The translations under genes and the position numbers were made by a program. Below, one piece after another: positions 11,031-24,772 of a DNA stretch of 39,000 nt. Where the stretch lies: the NCBI GenBank assembly GCA_964016885.1, contig CAXHJY010001480.1, positions 1-39,000 on the forward strand, in the 5' to 3' direction. The notes beneath the pieces were generated by a model, which had not been told where the DNA came from, made no database searches, and worked only from the letters and a program-made list of their open reading frames with translations. Within the stretch, counting starts at the first letter, position 1. Every line of letters starts with the position of its first letter. The stretch comes from Eledone cirrhosa. Taxonomy: Eukaryota.

Positions 11031-14000
11031 TCCTTCAGTATATTACCAGAGTACTGAGTGGTGTACCACCCCATCACTGTGTCTGATACAGTGGCCTGCG
11101 TGTGACATCCTTCCTCTAAAGGTTCTTCCTTCAGTATATTACCAGAGTACTGAGTTGTGTACCACCACATAAATGTGTCTGATACAATGGCCTGTGAGTG
11201 ACATCCTTCATCTACAAGTTCTTCCTTCAGTATATTACCGGAGTACTGAGTTGTGTACCACCCCATCACTGCGTCTGATAGAGTGGCCTGTGAGTGACAT
11301 CCTTCTTCTACCGGTTCTTCCTTCAGCATATTACCAGAGTATTAAATTGTGTACCACCCTATCACTGTGTCTGATACAGTGGCCTGTGAGTGACAACCTT
11401 CCTCTACATGTTCTTCCCTCAGTATATTACCAGAGTATGAGTTGTGTACCACTCCATCACTGTGTCTGATACAGTGGCCTGTGAGTCACATCCTTCCGCT
11501 ACAGGTTCTTCCTTTAGTATATTACCAGAGTACTGAGTTGTGTACCACCCCATCACTGTGTCTGATACAGTGGCCTGTGAGTGACATCCTTCCTCTACAG
11601 GTTCTTCCGTCTGTATATTACCAGAGTACTGAGTTGTGTACGACCACATCACTGTGTCTGATACGGTGGCCTGTGAGTGACATCCTTCTTCTACATGTTC
11701 TTCCTGCAGTATATTACCAGAGTACTGAGTTGTGTACCACCCCATCACTGTGTCTGATACAGTGGCTCGTGAGTGACATACTTCCTGTACAAGTTCTTCC
11801 CTCTTTACATTACCAGAGTACTGAGTCCTGTACACCCGGCCCCATAACTGCGTCTGATACAGTGGCCTGTGAGTGACAACCTTCCTCTACAGGTTCTTCC
11901 CTCTGTATATTATCAGAGTACTGAGTTGTGTACCACCCCATCACTGTGTCTGATACAGTAGCCTGTTAGTGACATCCTTCATCTACATGTTCTTCCTTCA
12001 TTATCTTACCAGAGAACTGAGTTGTGTACCACCACATCACTGTGTCTGATACAGTGGCCTGTGAGTGACATCCTTCCTCTAAGATTCTTCCTTCAGTATA
12101 TTACCAGAGTACTGAGTTGTGTACCACCCCATCACTCTGTTTGATACATTGGCCTGTGAGTGACATTCTTCCTCTATAGGTTCTTCCTTTAGTATATTAC
12201 CAGAGTACTGAGTTGTGTATCACTACATCACTGTGTGTGATAGTGACCTTTGAGTGACATCCTTCCTCATCAGGTTCTTACTTCAGTATAATACCAGAGT
12301 ACTGAGTTGTGTACCACCACATCACTGCGTCTGATAGAGTGGCCTGTGAGTGACATCCTTCCTCTACAGGTTCTTCCTTCAGTATATTACCAGAGTATTA
12401 AATTGTGTACCACCCTATCACTGTGTCTGGTACAGTGGCCTGTGAGTGACAACCTTCCCCTACATGTTCTTCCCTCAGTATATTACCAGAGTATGAGTTG
12501 TGTACCACTCCATCACATTGTCTGAATGTGGCCTGTGAGTGACATACTTCCTCTACAGTTTCTTCCTTCAGTATATTACCATAGTACTGAGTTGTATACC
12601 ACGCCATCACTGTGTCTGATACAGTGGCCTGTGAGTGATATCCTTCCTCTACATGTTCTTCCTGCAGTATATTACCAGAGTACTGAATTGTGTACCACCC
12701 CATCACTGTGTTTGATACAGTGGCCCGTGAGTGACATACTTCCTGTACAATTCTTCCCTCTTTACATTACCAGAGTACTGAGTTGTGTACCCCCCCCCCG
12801 CCCATAACTGCGTCTGATACAGTGGCCTGTGAGTGACATTCTTCCTCTACAGGTTCTTCCTTCAGTATATTACGATAGTACTGACTTGTATACCACCACA
12901 TCAATGTGTCTGATACAGTTTACTGTGAGTGACATCCTTCCTCTACATGTTCTTCCTTCAGTATATTACCAGAGTACTGAGTTGTGTACCACCCCATCAC
13001 TGTGTTTGATACATTGGCCTGTGAGTGATATCCTTCCTCTATAGGTTCTTCCTTTAGTATATTACCAGAGTATTGAGTTGTGTATCACTCCATCACTGTG
13101 TCTGATAGTGACCATTGAGTGACAACCTTCCTCTACATGTTCTTCCCTCAGTATATTACCAGAGTATGAGTTGTGTACCATTCCATCACTGTGTCTGATA
13201 CAGTGACCTGTGAGTAAAATCCTTCCTCTACAAATTCTTCCTTCAGTATATTACCAGAGTACTGAGTTGTGTACCACCCCATCACTGTGTCTGATTCAGT
13301 GGCCTGTGAGTGACATCCTTCCTCTACAGGTTCATCCTTCAGTATATTACCAGAGTACTGAGTTGTGTACCACCACATTACTGTGTCTGATAGAGTGGCC
13401 TGTGAGTGACATCCTTCCTCTACATGTTCTTCCTTCAGTATATTACCATAGTACTGAGTTGTATACCACCCCATCAATGTGTCTGATACAGTGGCCTGTG
13501 AGTGATATCCTTCCTCTACATGTTCTTCCTGCAGTATATTACCAGAGTACTGAGTTGTGTACCACCCCATCACTGTGTCTGATACAGTGGCCCGTGAGTG
13601 ACATACTTCCTGTACAAGTTCTTCCCTCTTTACATTACCAGAGTACTGAGTTGTGTACCCCCCCCCCCCCCCCCGCCCATAACTGCGTCTGATACAGTGG
13701 CCTGTGAGTGACATACTTCCTCTACAGGTTCTTCCTTCAGTATATTACCATTGTACTGAGTTGTATACCACCACATCAATGTATCTGATACAGTGGTCTG
13801 TGAGTGACATCCTTCCTCTAAGATTCTTCCTTCAGTATATTACCAGAGTACTGAGTTGTGTACCACCCCATCACTGTGTTTGATACATTGGCCTGTGAGT
13901 GAAATCCTTCCTCTATAGGTTCTTCGTTTAGTATATTACCAGAGTACTGAGTTGTGTATCACTCCATCACTGTGTCTGATAGTGACCATTGAGTGACAAC

Positions 14001-17000
14001 CTTCCTCTACATGTTCTTCCCTCAGTATATTACCAGAGTATGAGTTGTGTACCACTCCATCACTGTGTCTGATACAGTGGCCTGTGAGTAAAATCCTTCC
14101 TCAACATATTCTTCCCTCTTTACATTACCAGAGTACTGAGTTGTGTACCACCACATCACTGTGTCTGATACAGTGGCTTGTGAGTGACAACCTTCCTCTA
14201 CATGTTCTTCCCTCTGTATATTATCAGAGTACTGAGTTGTGTACCACCCCATCACTGCGTCTGATACAGTGGCCTGTTAGTGACATCCTTCATCTACATG
14301 TTCTTCCTTCAGTATCTTACCAGAGAACTGAGTTGTGTAACACCACATCACTGTGTCTGATACAGTGGCCTGTGAGTGACATCCTTCCTCTAAGATTCTT
14401 CCTTCAGTATATTACCAGAGTACTGATTTGTGTACCATCCCATCACTGTGTCTGATAGTGACCTGTGAGTGACATCCTTCCTCTACAGGTTCTTCCTTCA
14501 GTATATTACCAGAGTACTGAGTTGTGTACCACCACATCACTGTGTCTGATACAGTGGCCTGTGAGTGACAACCCTCCTCTACATGTTCTTCCTTCAGTAT
14601 ATTACCAGAGTACTGAGTAGTGTACCACCCCATCACTGTGTCTGATACAGTGGACTGTGAGTGGCATACTTCCTCTACAGGTTCTTCATTCCATATATTA
14701 CCAGAGTATTAAATTGTGTACCACCCTATCATTGTGTCTGATACAGTGGCCTGTGAGTGACAACCTTCCTCTACAGGTTCTTCCTTCAATATATTACCAG
14801 AGTCTTACATTGTGTACCACCTTATCACTGTGTCTGATGCAGTGGCCTGTGAGTGACAACCTTCCGCTACATGTCCTTCCCTCAGCATATTACCAGAGTA
14901 CTGAGTTGTGTACCACCCCATCACTGTGTCTGATAGTGGCCTGTGAGTGACATACTTCCTCTACAGGTTCTTCCTTCACTATATTACCAGAGTACTGAGT
15001 TGTATACCACTCCATCACTGTGTCTGATACAGTGGCCTGTGAGTGATATCCTTCCTCTACAGGTTCTTCCTTTAGTATATTACCAGAGTACTGAGTTGTG
15101 TACGACCACATCACTGTGTCTGATACAGTGGCCTGTGAGTGATATCCTTCCTCTACAGGTTCTTCCTTTAGTATATTACCAGAGTACTGAGTTGTGTACG
15201 ACCACATCACTGTGTCAGATACAGTGGCCTGTGAGTAACAACCTTCCTCTACAGGCTCTACCTTCAGTATATTACCAGAGGACTGAGTTGTGTACCACCC
15301 CATCATTGTGGATGATGCAATGGCCTGTGAGTGACAACCCTCCTCTACAGGTTCTTCCCTCAGTATATTACCAGAGTACTGAGTGGTGTACCACCCCATC
15401 ACTGTGTCTGATACAGTGGCCTGCGTGTGACATCCTTCCTCTAAAGGTTCTTCCTTCAGTATATTACCAGAGTACTGAGTTGTGTACCACCACATAAATG
15501 TGTCTGATACAGTGGCCTGTGAGTGACATCCTTCATCTACAAGTTCTTCCTTCAGTATATTACCGGAGTACTGAGTTGTGTACCACCCCATCACTGCGTC
15601 TGATAGAGTAGCCTGTGAGTGACATCCTTCTTCTACCGGTTCTTCCTTCAGCATATTACCAGAGTATTAAATTGTGTACCACCCTATCACCGTGTCTGAT
15701 ACGGTGGCCTGTGAGTGACATCCTTCTTCTACATGTTCTTCCCTCAGTATATTACCAGAGTATGAGTTGTGTACCACTCCATCACTGTGTCTGATACAGT
15801 GGCCTGTGAGTCACATCCTTCCGCTACAGGTTCTTCCTTTAGTATATTACCAGAGTACTGAGTTGTGTACCACCCCATCACTGTGTCTGATACAGTGGCC
15901 TGTGAGTGACATCCTTCCTCTACAGGTTCTTCCTTCTGTATATTACCAGAGTACTGAGTTGTGTACGACCACATCACTGTGTCTGATACGGTGGCCTGTG
16001 AGTGACATCCTTCTTCTACATGTTCTTCCTGCAGTATATTACCAGAGTACTGAGTTGTGTACCACCCCATCACTGTGTCTGATACAGTGGCCCGTGAGTG
16101 ACATACTTCCTGTAGAAGTTCTTCCCTCTTTACATTACCAGAGTACTGAGTCGTGTACACCCGGCCCCATAACTGCGTCTGATACAGTGGCCTGTGAGTG
16201 ACAACCTTCCTCTACAGGTTCTTCCCTCTGTATATTATCAGAGTACTGAGTTGTGTACCACCCCATCACTGTGTCTGATACAGTAGCCTGTTAGTGACAT
16301 CCTTCATCTACATGTTCTTCCTTCATTATCTTACCAGAGAACTGAGTTGTGTACCACCACATCACTGTGTCTGATACAGTGGCCTGTGAGTGACATCCTT
16401 CCTCTAAGATTCTTCCTTCAGTATATTACCAGAGTACTGAGTTGTGTACCACCCCATCACTGTGTTTGATACATTGGCCTGTGAGTGACATTCTTCCTCT
16501 ATAGGTTCTTCCTTTAGTATATTACCAGAGTACTGAGTTGTGTATCACTACATCACTGTGTGTGATAGTGACCTTTGAGTGACATCCTTCCTCATCAGGT
16601 TCTTCCTTCAGTATAATACCAGAGTACTGAGTTGTGTACCACCACATCACTGCGTCTGATAGAGTGGCCTGTGAGTGACATCCTTCCTCTACAGGTTCTT
16701 CCTTCAGTATATTACCAGAGTATTAAATTGTGTACCACCCTATCACTGTGTCTGGTACAGTGGCCTGTGAGTGACAACCTTCCTCTACATGTTCTTCCCT
16801 CAGTATATTACCAGAGTATGAGTTGTGTACCACTCCATCACATTGTCTGAATGTGGCCTGTGAGTGACATACTTCCTCTACAGTTTCTTCCTTCAGTATA
16901 TTACCATAGTACTGAGTTGTATACCACGCCATCACTGTGTCTGATACAGTGGCCTGTGAGTGATATCCTTCCTCTACATGTTCTTCCTGCAGTATATTAC

Positions 17001-20000
17001 CAGAGTACTGAGTTGTGTACCACCCCATCACTGTGTTTGATACAGTGGCCCGTGAGTGACATACTTCCTGTACAATTCTTCCCTCTTTACATTACCAGAG
17101 TACCGAGTTGTGTACCCCCCCCCGCCCATAACTGCGTCTGATACAGTGGCCTGTGAGTGACATTCTTCCTCTACAGGTTCTTCCTTCAGTATATTACGAT
17201 AGTACTGACTTGTATACCACCACATCAATGTGTCTGATACAGTTTACTGTGAGTGACATCCTTCCTCTACATGTTCTTCCTTCAGTATATTACCAGAGTA
17301 CTGAGTTGTGTACCACCCCATCACTGTGTTTGATACATTGGCCTGTGAGTGATATCCTTCCTCTATAGGTTCTTCCTTTAGTATATTACCAGAGTATTGA
17401 GTTGTGTATCACTCCATCACTGTGTCTGATAGTGACCATTGAGTGACAACCTTCCTCTACATGTTCTTCCCTCAGTATATTACCAGAGTATGAGTTGTGT
17501 ACCATTCCATCACTGTGTCTGATACAGTGACCTGTGAGTAAAATCCTTCCTCTACAAATTCTTCCTTCAGTATATTACCAGAGTACTGAGTTGTGTACCA
17601 CCCCATCACTGTGTCTGATTCAGTGGCCTGTGAGTGACATCCTTCCTCTACAGGTTCATCCTTCAGTATATTACCAGAGTACTGAGTTGTGTACCACCAC
17701 ATTACTGTGTCTGATAGAGTGGCCTGTGAGTGACATCCTTCCTCTACATGTTCTTCCTTCAGTATATTACCATAGTACTGAGTTGTATACCACCCCATCA
17801 ATGTGTCTGATACAGTGGCCTGTGAGTGATATCCTTCCTCTACATGTTCTTCCTGCAGTATATTACCAGAGTACTGAGTTGTGTACCACCCCATCACTGT
17901 GTCTGATACAGTGGCCCGTGAGTGACATACTTCCTGTACAAGTTCTTCCCTCTTTACATTACCAGAGTACTGAGTTGTGTACCCCCCCCCGCCCATAACT
18001 GCGTCTGATACAGTGGCCTGTGAGTGACATACTTCCTCTACAGGTTCTTCCTTCAGTATATTACCATTGTACTGAGTTGTATACCACCACATCAATGTAT
18101 CTGATACAGTGGTCTGTGAGTGACATCCTTCCTCTAAGATTCTTCCTTCAGTATATTACCAGAGTACTGAGTTGTGTACCACCCCATCACTGTGTTTGAT
18201 ACATTGGCCTGTGAGTGAAATCCTTCCTCTATAGGTTCTTCGTTTAGTATATTACCAGAGTACTGAGTTGTGTATCACTCCATCACTGTGTCTGATAGTG
18301 ACCATTGAGTGACAACCTTCCTCTACATGTTCTTCCCTCAGTATATTACCAGAGTATGAGTTGTGTACCACTCCATCACTGTGTCTGATACAGTGGCCTG
18401 TGAGTAAAATCCTTCCTCTACATATTCTTCCTTCAGTATATTACCAGAGTACTGAGTTGTGTACCACCACATCACTGTGTCTGATACAGTGGCTTGTGAG
18501 TGACAACCTTCCTCTACATGTTCTTCCCTCTGTATATTATCAGAGTACTGAGTTGTGTACCACCCCATCACTGTGTCTGATACAGTGGCCTGTTAGTGAC
18601 ATCCTTCATCTACATGTTCTTCCTTCAGTATCTTACCAGAGAACTGAGTTGTGTAACACCCCATCAATGTGTCTGATACAGTGGCCTGTGAGTGACATCC
18701 TTCCTCTAAGATTCTTCCTTCAGTATATTACCAGAGTACTGATTTGTGTACCATCCCATCACTGTGTCTGATAGTGACCTGTGAGTGACATCCTTCCTCT
18801 ACAGGTTCTTCCTTCAGTATATTACCAGAGTACTGAGTTGTGTACCACCACATCACTGTGTCTGATACAGTGGACTGTGAGTGGCATCCTTCCTCTACAG
18901 GTTCTTCATTCCATATATTACCAGAGTATTAAATTGTGTACCACCCTATCACTGTGTCTGATACAGTGGACTGTGAGTGGCATCCTTCCTCTACAGGTTC
19001 TTCATTCCATATATTACCAGAGTATTAAATTGTGTACCATCCTATCACTGTGTCTGATACAGTGGCCTGTGAGTGACAACCTTCCTCTACAGGTTCTTCC
19101 TTCAATATATTACCAGAGTCTAAAAGTGTGTACCACCCTATCACTGTGTCTGATACAGTGGCCTGTGAGTGACAACCTTCCGCTACATGTTCTTCCCTCA
19201 GCATATTACCAGAGTACTGAGTTGTGTACCACCCCATCACTGTGTCTGATAGTGGCCTGTGAGTGACATACTTCCTTCACTATATTACCAGAGTACTGAG
19301 TTGTATATCACCCCATCACTGTGTCTGATAGTGGCCTGTGAGTGACATACTTCCTCTACAGGTTCTTCCTTCAGGATATTACCATAGTACTGAGTTTTGT
19401 ACGACCACATCACTGTGTCTGATACAGTGGCCTGTGAGTGATATCCTTCCTCTACAGGTTCTTCCTTCAGGATATTACCATAGTACTGAGTTTTGTACGA
19501 CCACATCACTGTGTCTGATACAGTGGCCTGTGAGTGATATCCTTCCTCTACAGGTTCTTCCTTTAGTATATTACCAGAGTACTGAGTTGTGTACGACCAC
19601 ATCACTGTGTCAGATACAGTGGCCTGTGAGTAACAACCTTCCTCTACAGGTTCTACCTTCAGTATATTACCAGAGGACTGAGTTGTGTACCACCCCATCA
19701 TTGTGGCTGATGCAATGGCCTGTGAGTGACAACCCTCCTCTACAGGTTCTTCCCTCAGTATATTACCAGAGTACTGAGTTGTGTACCACCACATCACTGT
19801 GTCTGATACAGTGGCCTGTGAGTGGCATCCTTCCTCTACAGGTTCTTCCTTCAGGATATTACCATAGTACTGAATTGAGTACCACCACATCACTGTGGCT
19901 GATACAGTGGCCTGTGAGTAACATCCTTCCTCTATAAGTTCTTCCCTCAGTATATTACCAAAATACTGAGTTGTGTACCACCACATCACTGTGTCTGATA

Positions 20001-23000
20001 CGGTGGCTTGTAAGTGACATACATCCTCTACAGATTCTTCCTTCAGTATATTACCAGAGTACTGAGTTGTGTACCACCCCATCACTGTGTCTGATACAGT
20101 GGCCTCTGAGTGGCATCCCTCCTCTACAGGTTCTTCCTTCAGTATAGTACCATAGTACTGAATTGTGTACCACCACATCACTGTGTCTGATACAGTGGCC
20201 TGTGAGTGACATCCTTCCTCTAATGTTCTTCCTTCAGTATATGACCAGAGTACTGAGTTGTGTACCACCCCATCACTGTGTCTGATACTTTGTCATGTGA
20301 GTGACATGCTTCATCTACAAGTTATTCCTTTAGTATATTACCAGAGTACTCTGTTGTGTACCACCCCATCACTGTGTTTGATATATTCGCCTGTTAGTGA
20401 TATCCTTCATCTACATGTTCTTCCTTCAGTATATTACCAAAGTACTGAGTTGTGTAGCACCCCATCATTGTGTCTGTTAGTGACCTGTGAGTTACATCCT
20501 TCGTCTACAGGTTCTTCCTTCAGTATATTACCCGAGTACTTAGTTGTGTACCACCACATCATTGTGTCTGATACAGTGGCCTGTGAGTGACAAGCTTTCT
20601 CTACAGGTTATTCCTTCAGCATATTACCAGAGTACTGAGTTGTGTACCATCCCATCACTGTGTATGATAGTGACCTGTGAGTGACATCCTTCCTCTACAG
20701 GTTCTTCCTTCAGTATATTACCAGAGTACTGAGTTGTGTACCACCACATCACTGTGTCTGATACAGTGGCCTGTGAGTGACAACCCTCCTCTACATGTTC
20801 ATCATTCAGTATATTACCAGAGTACTGAGTAGTGTACCACCCCATCACTGTGTCTGATACAGTGGCCTGTGAGTCACATCCTTCCTCTACAGGTTCTTCC
20901 TTCAATATATTACCAGAGTATTAAATTGTGTACCACCCTATCACTGTGTCTGATACAGTGGCCTGTGAGTGACAACCTTCCGCTACATGTTCTTTCCTCA
21001 GTATATTACCAGAGTACTGAGTTGTGTACCACCCCATCACTGTGTCTGATAGTGGCCTGTGAGTGACATACTTCCTCTACAGGTTCTTCCTTCACTATAT
21101 TACCAGAGTACTGAGTTGTATACCACTCCATCACTGTGTCTGATACAGTGGCCTGTGATCGATATCCTTCCTCTACAGGTTCTTCCTTTAGTATATTACC
21201 AGAGTACTGAGTTGTGTACCACCACATCACTGTGTCTGATACAGTGGCCTGTGAGTGATATCCTTCCTCTACATGTTCTTCCTGCAGTATATTACCAGAG
21301 TACTGAGTTGTGTACCACCCCATCACTGTGTCTGATACAGTGGCCGTGAGTGACATACTTCCTTTACAAGTTCTTCTCTCTTTACATTACCAGAGTACTG
21401 AGTTGTGTACCACCCCATAACTGCGTCTGATACAGTGGCCTGTGAGTGACATACTTCCTCTACAGATTCTTCCTTCAGTATATTACCAGAGTTCTGAGTT
21501 GTGTACCACCCCATCATTGTGACTCATAGTGGCCTGTGAGTGACATAATTCCTCCACAGGTTCTTCCTTGAGTATATTACCAGAGTACTGAGTTGTGTAA
21601 CACCACATCACTGTGTGTTATACTGTAGCCTGTGAGTGACATCCTTCCTCTACAGGTTCCTCATTCAGTATATTACCAGAGTACTGAATTGTGTACCACC
21701 AAATCACTGTGTCTGATACATTGCCCTGTGAGTGACATCCTTCCTCTACAGGTTCCTCATTCAGTATATTACCAGAGTACTGAATTGTGTACCACCACAT
21801 CACTGTGTCTGATACAGTGGCCTGTGAGTGACATACTTCATCTACAAGTTCCTCATTCAGTATATTACCCGAGTACTGTGTTGTGTACCACCACATCACC
21901 GTTTCCTGATACAGTGGCCTGTGAGTGACATCCTTCATCTACAAGTTCCTCATTCAGTATATTACCAGAGTACTGAGTTGTGTACCACCACATCACTGTG
22001 TCTGTTAGTGACCTGTGAGTTACATCCTTCCTCTACAGGTTCTTCCTTCAGTATATTACCAGGGTACTGATTTGTGTACCACCACATCACTGTGTCTGAT
22101 ACAGTGGCCTGTGAGTGACATACTTTCTCTACAATTCTTCCCTCAGTATATTACCGGAGTACTGAGTTGTGTACCACCCCGTCACTGTGTCTGATACAGT
22201 GGGCTGTGAGTGACATCCTTCCTCTAGAAGTTCTACCTTCAGTATATTACCAGAGTACTGAGTTGTGTACCACCACATCATTGTGTCTGATGCAGTGGCC
22301 TGTGAGTAACATCCTTCCTCTACAGGTTCTTCCTTCAGCATATTACCGGAGTACTGAGTTGTGTACCACCCCATCACTGTGTCTGATACAGTGGGCTGTG
22401 AGTGACATCCTTCCTCTACAGGTTCTTCCCTCAGTATATTACCAGAGCACTGAGTTGTGTACCACCACATCACTGTGTCTGATACAGTGGGCTGTTAGTG
22501 ACATCCTTCCTCTACAGGTTCTTCCCTCAGTATATTACCAGGACACTGAGTTGTGTACCACCCCATCACTGTGTCTGATACAGTGGCATGTGAGTAACAT
22601 CCTTCCTCTACAAGTTATTCCTTCAGTATATTACCAGAGTACTGAGACGTGTACCACCACATCACTGTGTCTGATACAGTGGCCTGTGAGTGGCATCCTT
22701 CCTCTACAGGTTCATCCCTCAGTATATTACCAGAGTACTGAGTTGTGTACCACCCCATCACTGTGTCTGATACTGTGGCCTGTGAGTGGCATCCTTCATC
22801 TACAAGTTATTCATTCAGTATATTACCAGAGTACTCTGTTGTGTACCACCCCATCACTGTGTCTGATACAGTGGCCTGTGAGTGACATCCTTCCTCTACA
22901 AGTTATTCCTTCAGTATATTACCAGAGTACTGAGTTGTGTACCACCCCATCACTGTGTTTGATATATTCGCCTGTTAGTGACATCCTTCATCTACATGTT

Positions 23001-23562
23001 CTTCCTTCAGTATATTACCAAAGTACTGAGTTGTGTACCACCCCATCATTGTGTCTGTTAGTGACCTGTGAGTGACATCCTTCCTCTACATGTTCTTCCT
23101 TCAGTATATTACCAGAGTAATGAGTTGTGTACCACCCCATCACTGTGTCTGATACAGTGGCCTGTGAGTCACATCCTTCATCTACAGGTTCTTCCTTCAG
23201 TATATTACCAGAGTACTGAGTTGTGTATCACCCCATCACTGTGTCTGATACAGTGGCCTGTGAGTGACATCCTTCATCTACAAGTTCTTCCTTCAGTATA
23301 TTACCAAAATACTGAGTTGTGTACCACCCCATCACTGTGTCTGATACAGTGGCCTGTGAGTAACATCCTTCCTCTACAAGTTCTTCCCTCAGTGTATTAC
23401 CAGATTACTGAGTTGTGTACCACCCCATCACTGTGTCTGATACAGTGGCTTGCGAGTGACATCTTTCCTCTACAGTTTCTTCCTTCAGTATACTACCGGA
23501 GTACTGAGTTGTGTACCACCACATCCCTGTGTCTGATACAGTGGCCTGTGAGTGACATCTTT
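11030..23562. repeat. 75-bp tandem satellite array (~12.5 kb, roughly 165-170 units)
   Basis: Consensus ccacc(c/a)catcactgtgtctgatacagtggcctgtgagtgacatccttcctctacaggttcttccttcagtatattaccagagtactgagttgtgta, with recurrent 1-2 nt deletion variants. Confidence 0.98.
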
Positions 23563-24405
23563 CTTTGTTGAACTTTTAATGAAACTTTTGGAAGATCATC
23601 ATAAAATTCTATATTTGTTACCAAACCCATTGAGTGTCATTCTGACCATTCTGGTGTAGCATCTATCAAATTATATTTTAAGGCATTTCTAAGTGTCCTA
23701 CTGTAGCCATGAACACTGTAACCTCCAGTCTTCTTGCTAGCTTGGAGCTCCATATCATTTTACGCTGTACACACCAGCGCTTTTCTACTGAAAATTCTTT
23801 TTTCAGAAATCTGTGTTCAGGATCCTAAATATTTAAAGTTTTCAACAACATTCAATGTTTCTCCCCATTTTACTGTGATATCAACAGGTACATCATGACT
23901 GAAGACTTGGAACTCTGTTTCCATCCTATTGTAATGCAATCCAATCTTCGCTGGCTCCCGCTCTAATTTGCTTAGTACCTCTTGTGCCTAATCTATCTCT
24001 TCAGTAAGCAGGGCCAGATCGTCTGCAAGGTCTAGATCTGTAACCGTAATTGTAGAATGTCTTCTGCTTATTTATCTTATAGTGTAAAGCTAAGCTCTAT
24101 TTCTCTGTCATCGTATGTCTTGCACATCCCCTAGTCCAAAACAATTGTAAAAAGAAAGGGCTATAGTGTCGCATTCAAGGTTCCCACAACTGTTTCAAAA
24201 TAGTTGATTTCACCATCAGGACTAATAACTCTTGCTCTGGTGCCTTCGTACATTTTACTAATTGCTCCAAGTAATCTTTGTTGGGTATCTTAAGTAGTTA
24301 GAATTTTTATCATCCTTCCTATGTGCACAGAGTCAAAAACTTACGTAGATAATGATGGACTTTCTGTTGTCATTCTTCCGACATACCATCAGTTTTCGCA
24401 AGGCT
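23563..24405 (-). mobile_element. RTE/RTE-X-like LINE reverse transcriptase region, decayed
   Basis: Minus strand across stops and frameshifts: VFDSVHIGRMIKIL, MYEGTRARVISPDGE, PFLFTIVLD, TDLDLADDLALL, ENFKYLGS, IWSSKL, DRCYTRMVRMTLN, TNIEFYDDLPKVSLKVQQRK. Confidence 0.9.
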
Positions 24406-24551
24406 CACATATATACATCAGCACAACAATAACACCAACGTTTCTCCACACATGGGTTTATCCACCTTATTTTATTCATCAGTTCCACCACACACGAGAT
24501 ATAGACTTCCATATATAGAAACATGCAGATAGTGTCTAAATTATAACTTAC

Positions 24552-24608
24552 ACTTTGAAAAGGCAGACCTACATGTCTGTATCTTAGCATTTTCTATCAA
24601 AGGTTTAT
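24552..24608 (-). CDS. Mini-exon (57 nt, phase 1-1)
   Basis: Acceptor ggttatgttttccag| and donor |gtaagttataatttagac. Reads (H)KPLIENAKIQTCRSAFSK. Confidence 0.75.
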
Positions 24609-24772
24609 CTGGAAAACATAACCAAGAAAATAATAGTAAACTGACATGTATATATATATATATATAATGGCCTCAGCCGGATGGCTGGTACAGTTAAAAG
24701 AGTAAAAGAGATTATATATATACAATATATGTGGGCGATGACAACGGAAAAATGGAAAAAACAGATAAAACA

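Noticed and set aside
11030-23562. CRISPR array
   Set aside because: Contiguous monomers with no unique spacers, no cas genes and a eukaryotic context.
11030-23562. Degenerate C2H2 zinc-finger array or tRNA gene array
   Set aside because: The period is 25 codons rather than 28, with no CxxC/HxxxH/TGEKP pattern. The spacing from AGTGG to GGTTC is too short and there is no acceptor stem for a tRNA.
10976-23571. Repeat-protein gene from the many YTTQYSGNILKEEPVEEGCHSQ / LCTTPSLCLIQWPVSD ORFs
   Set aside because: These ORFs are a by-product of a 75-nt period. They are repeatedly broken by 1-2 nt deletions, and the ancestral frame is the LINE frame, which has a stop in each unit.
24338-24345. 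Extra splice donor (acttac) for another mini-exon
   Set aside because: It lies inside the LINE RT fragment and lacks both the family donor extension and a matching acceptor.
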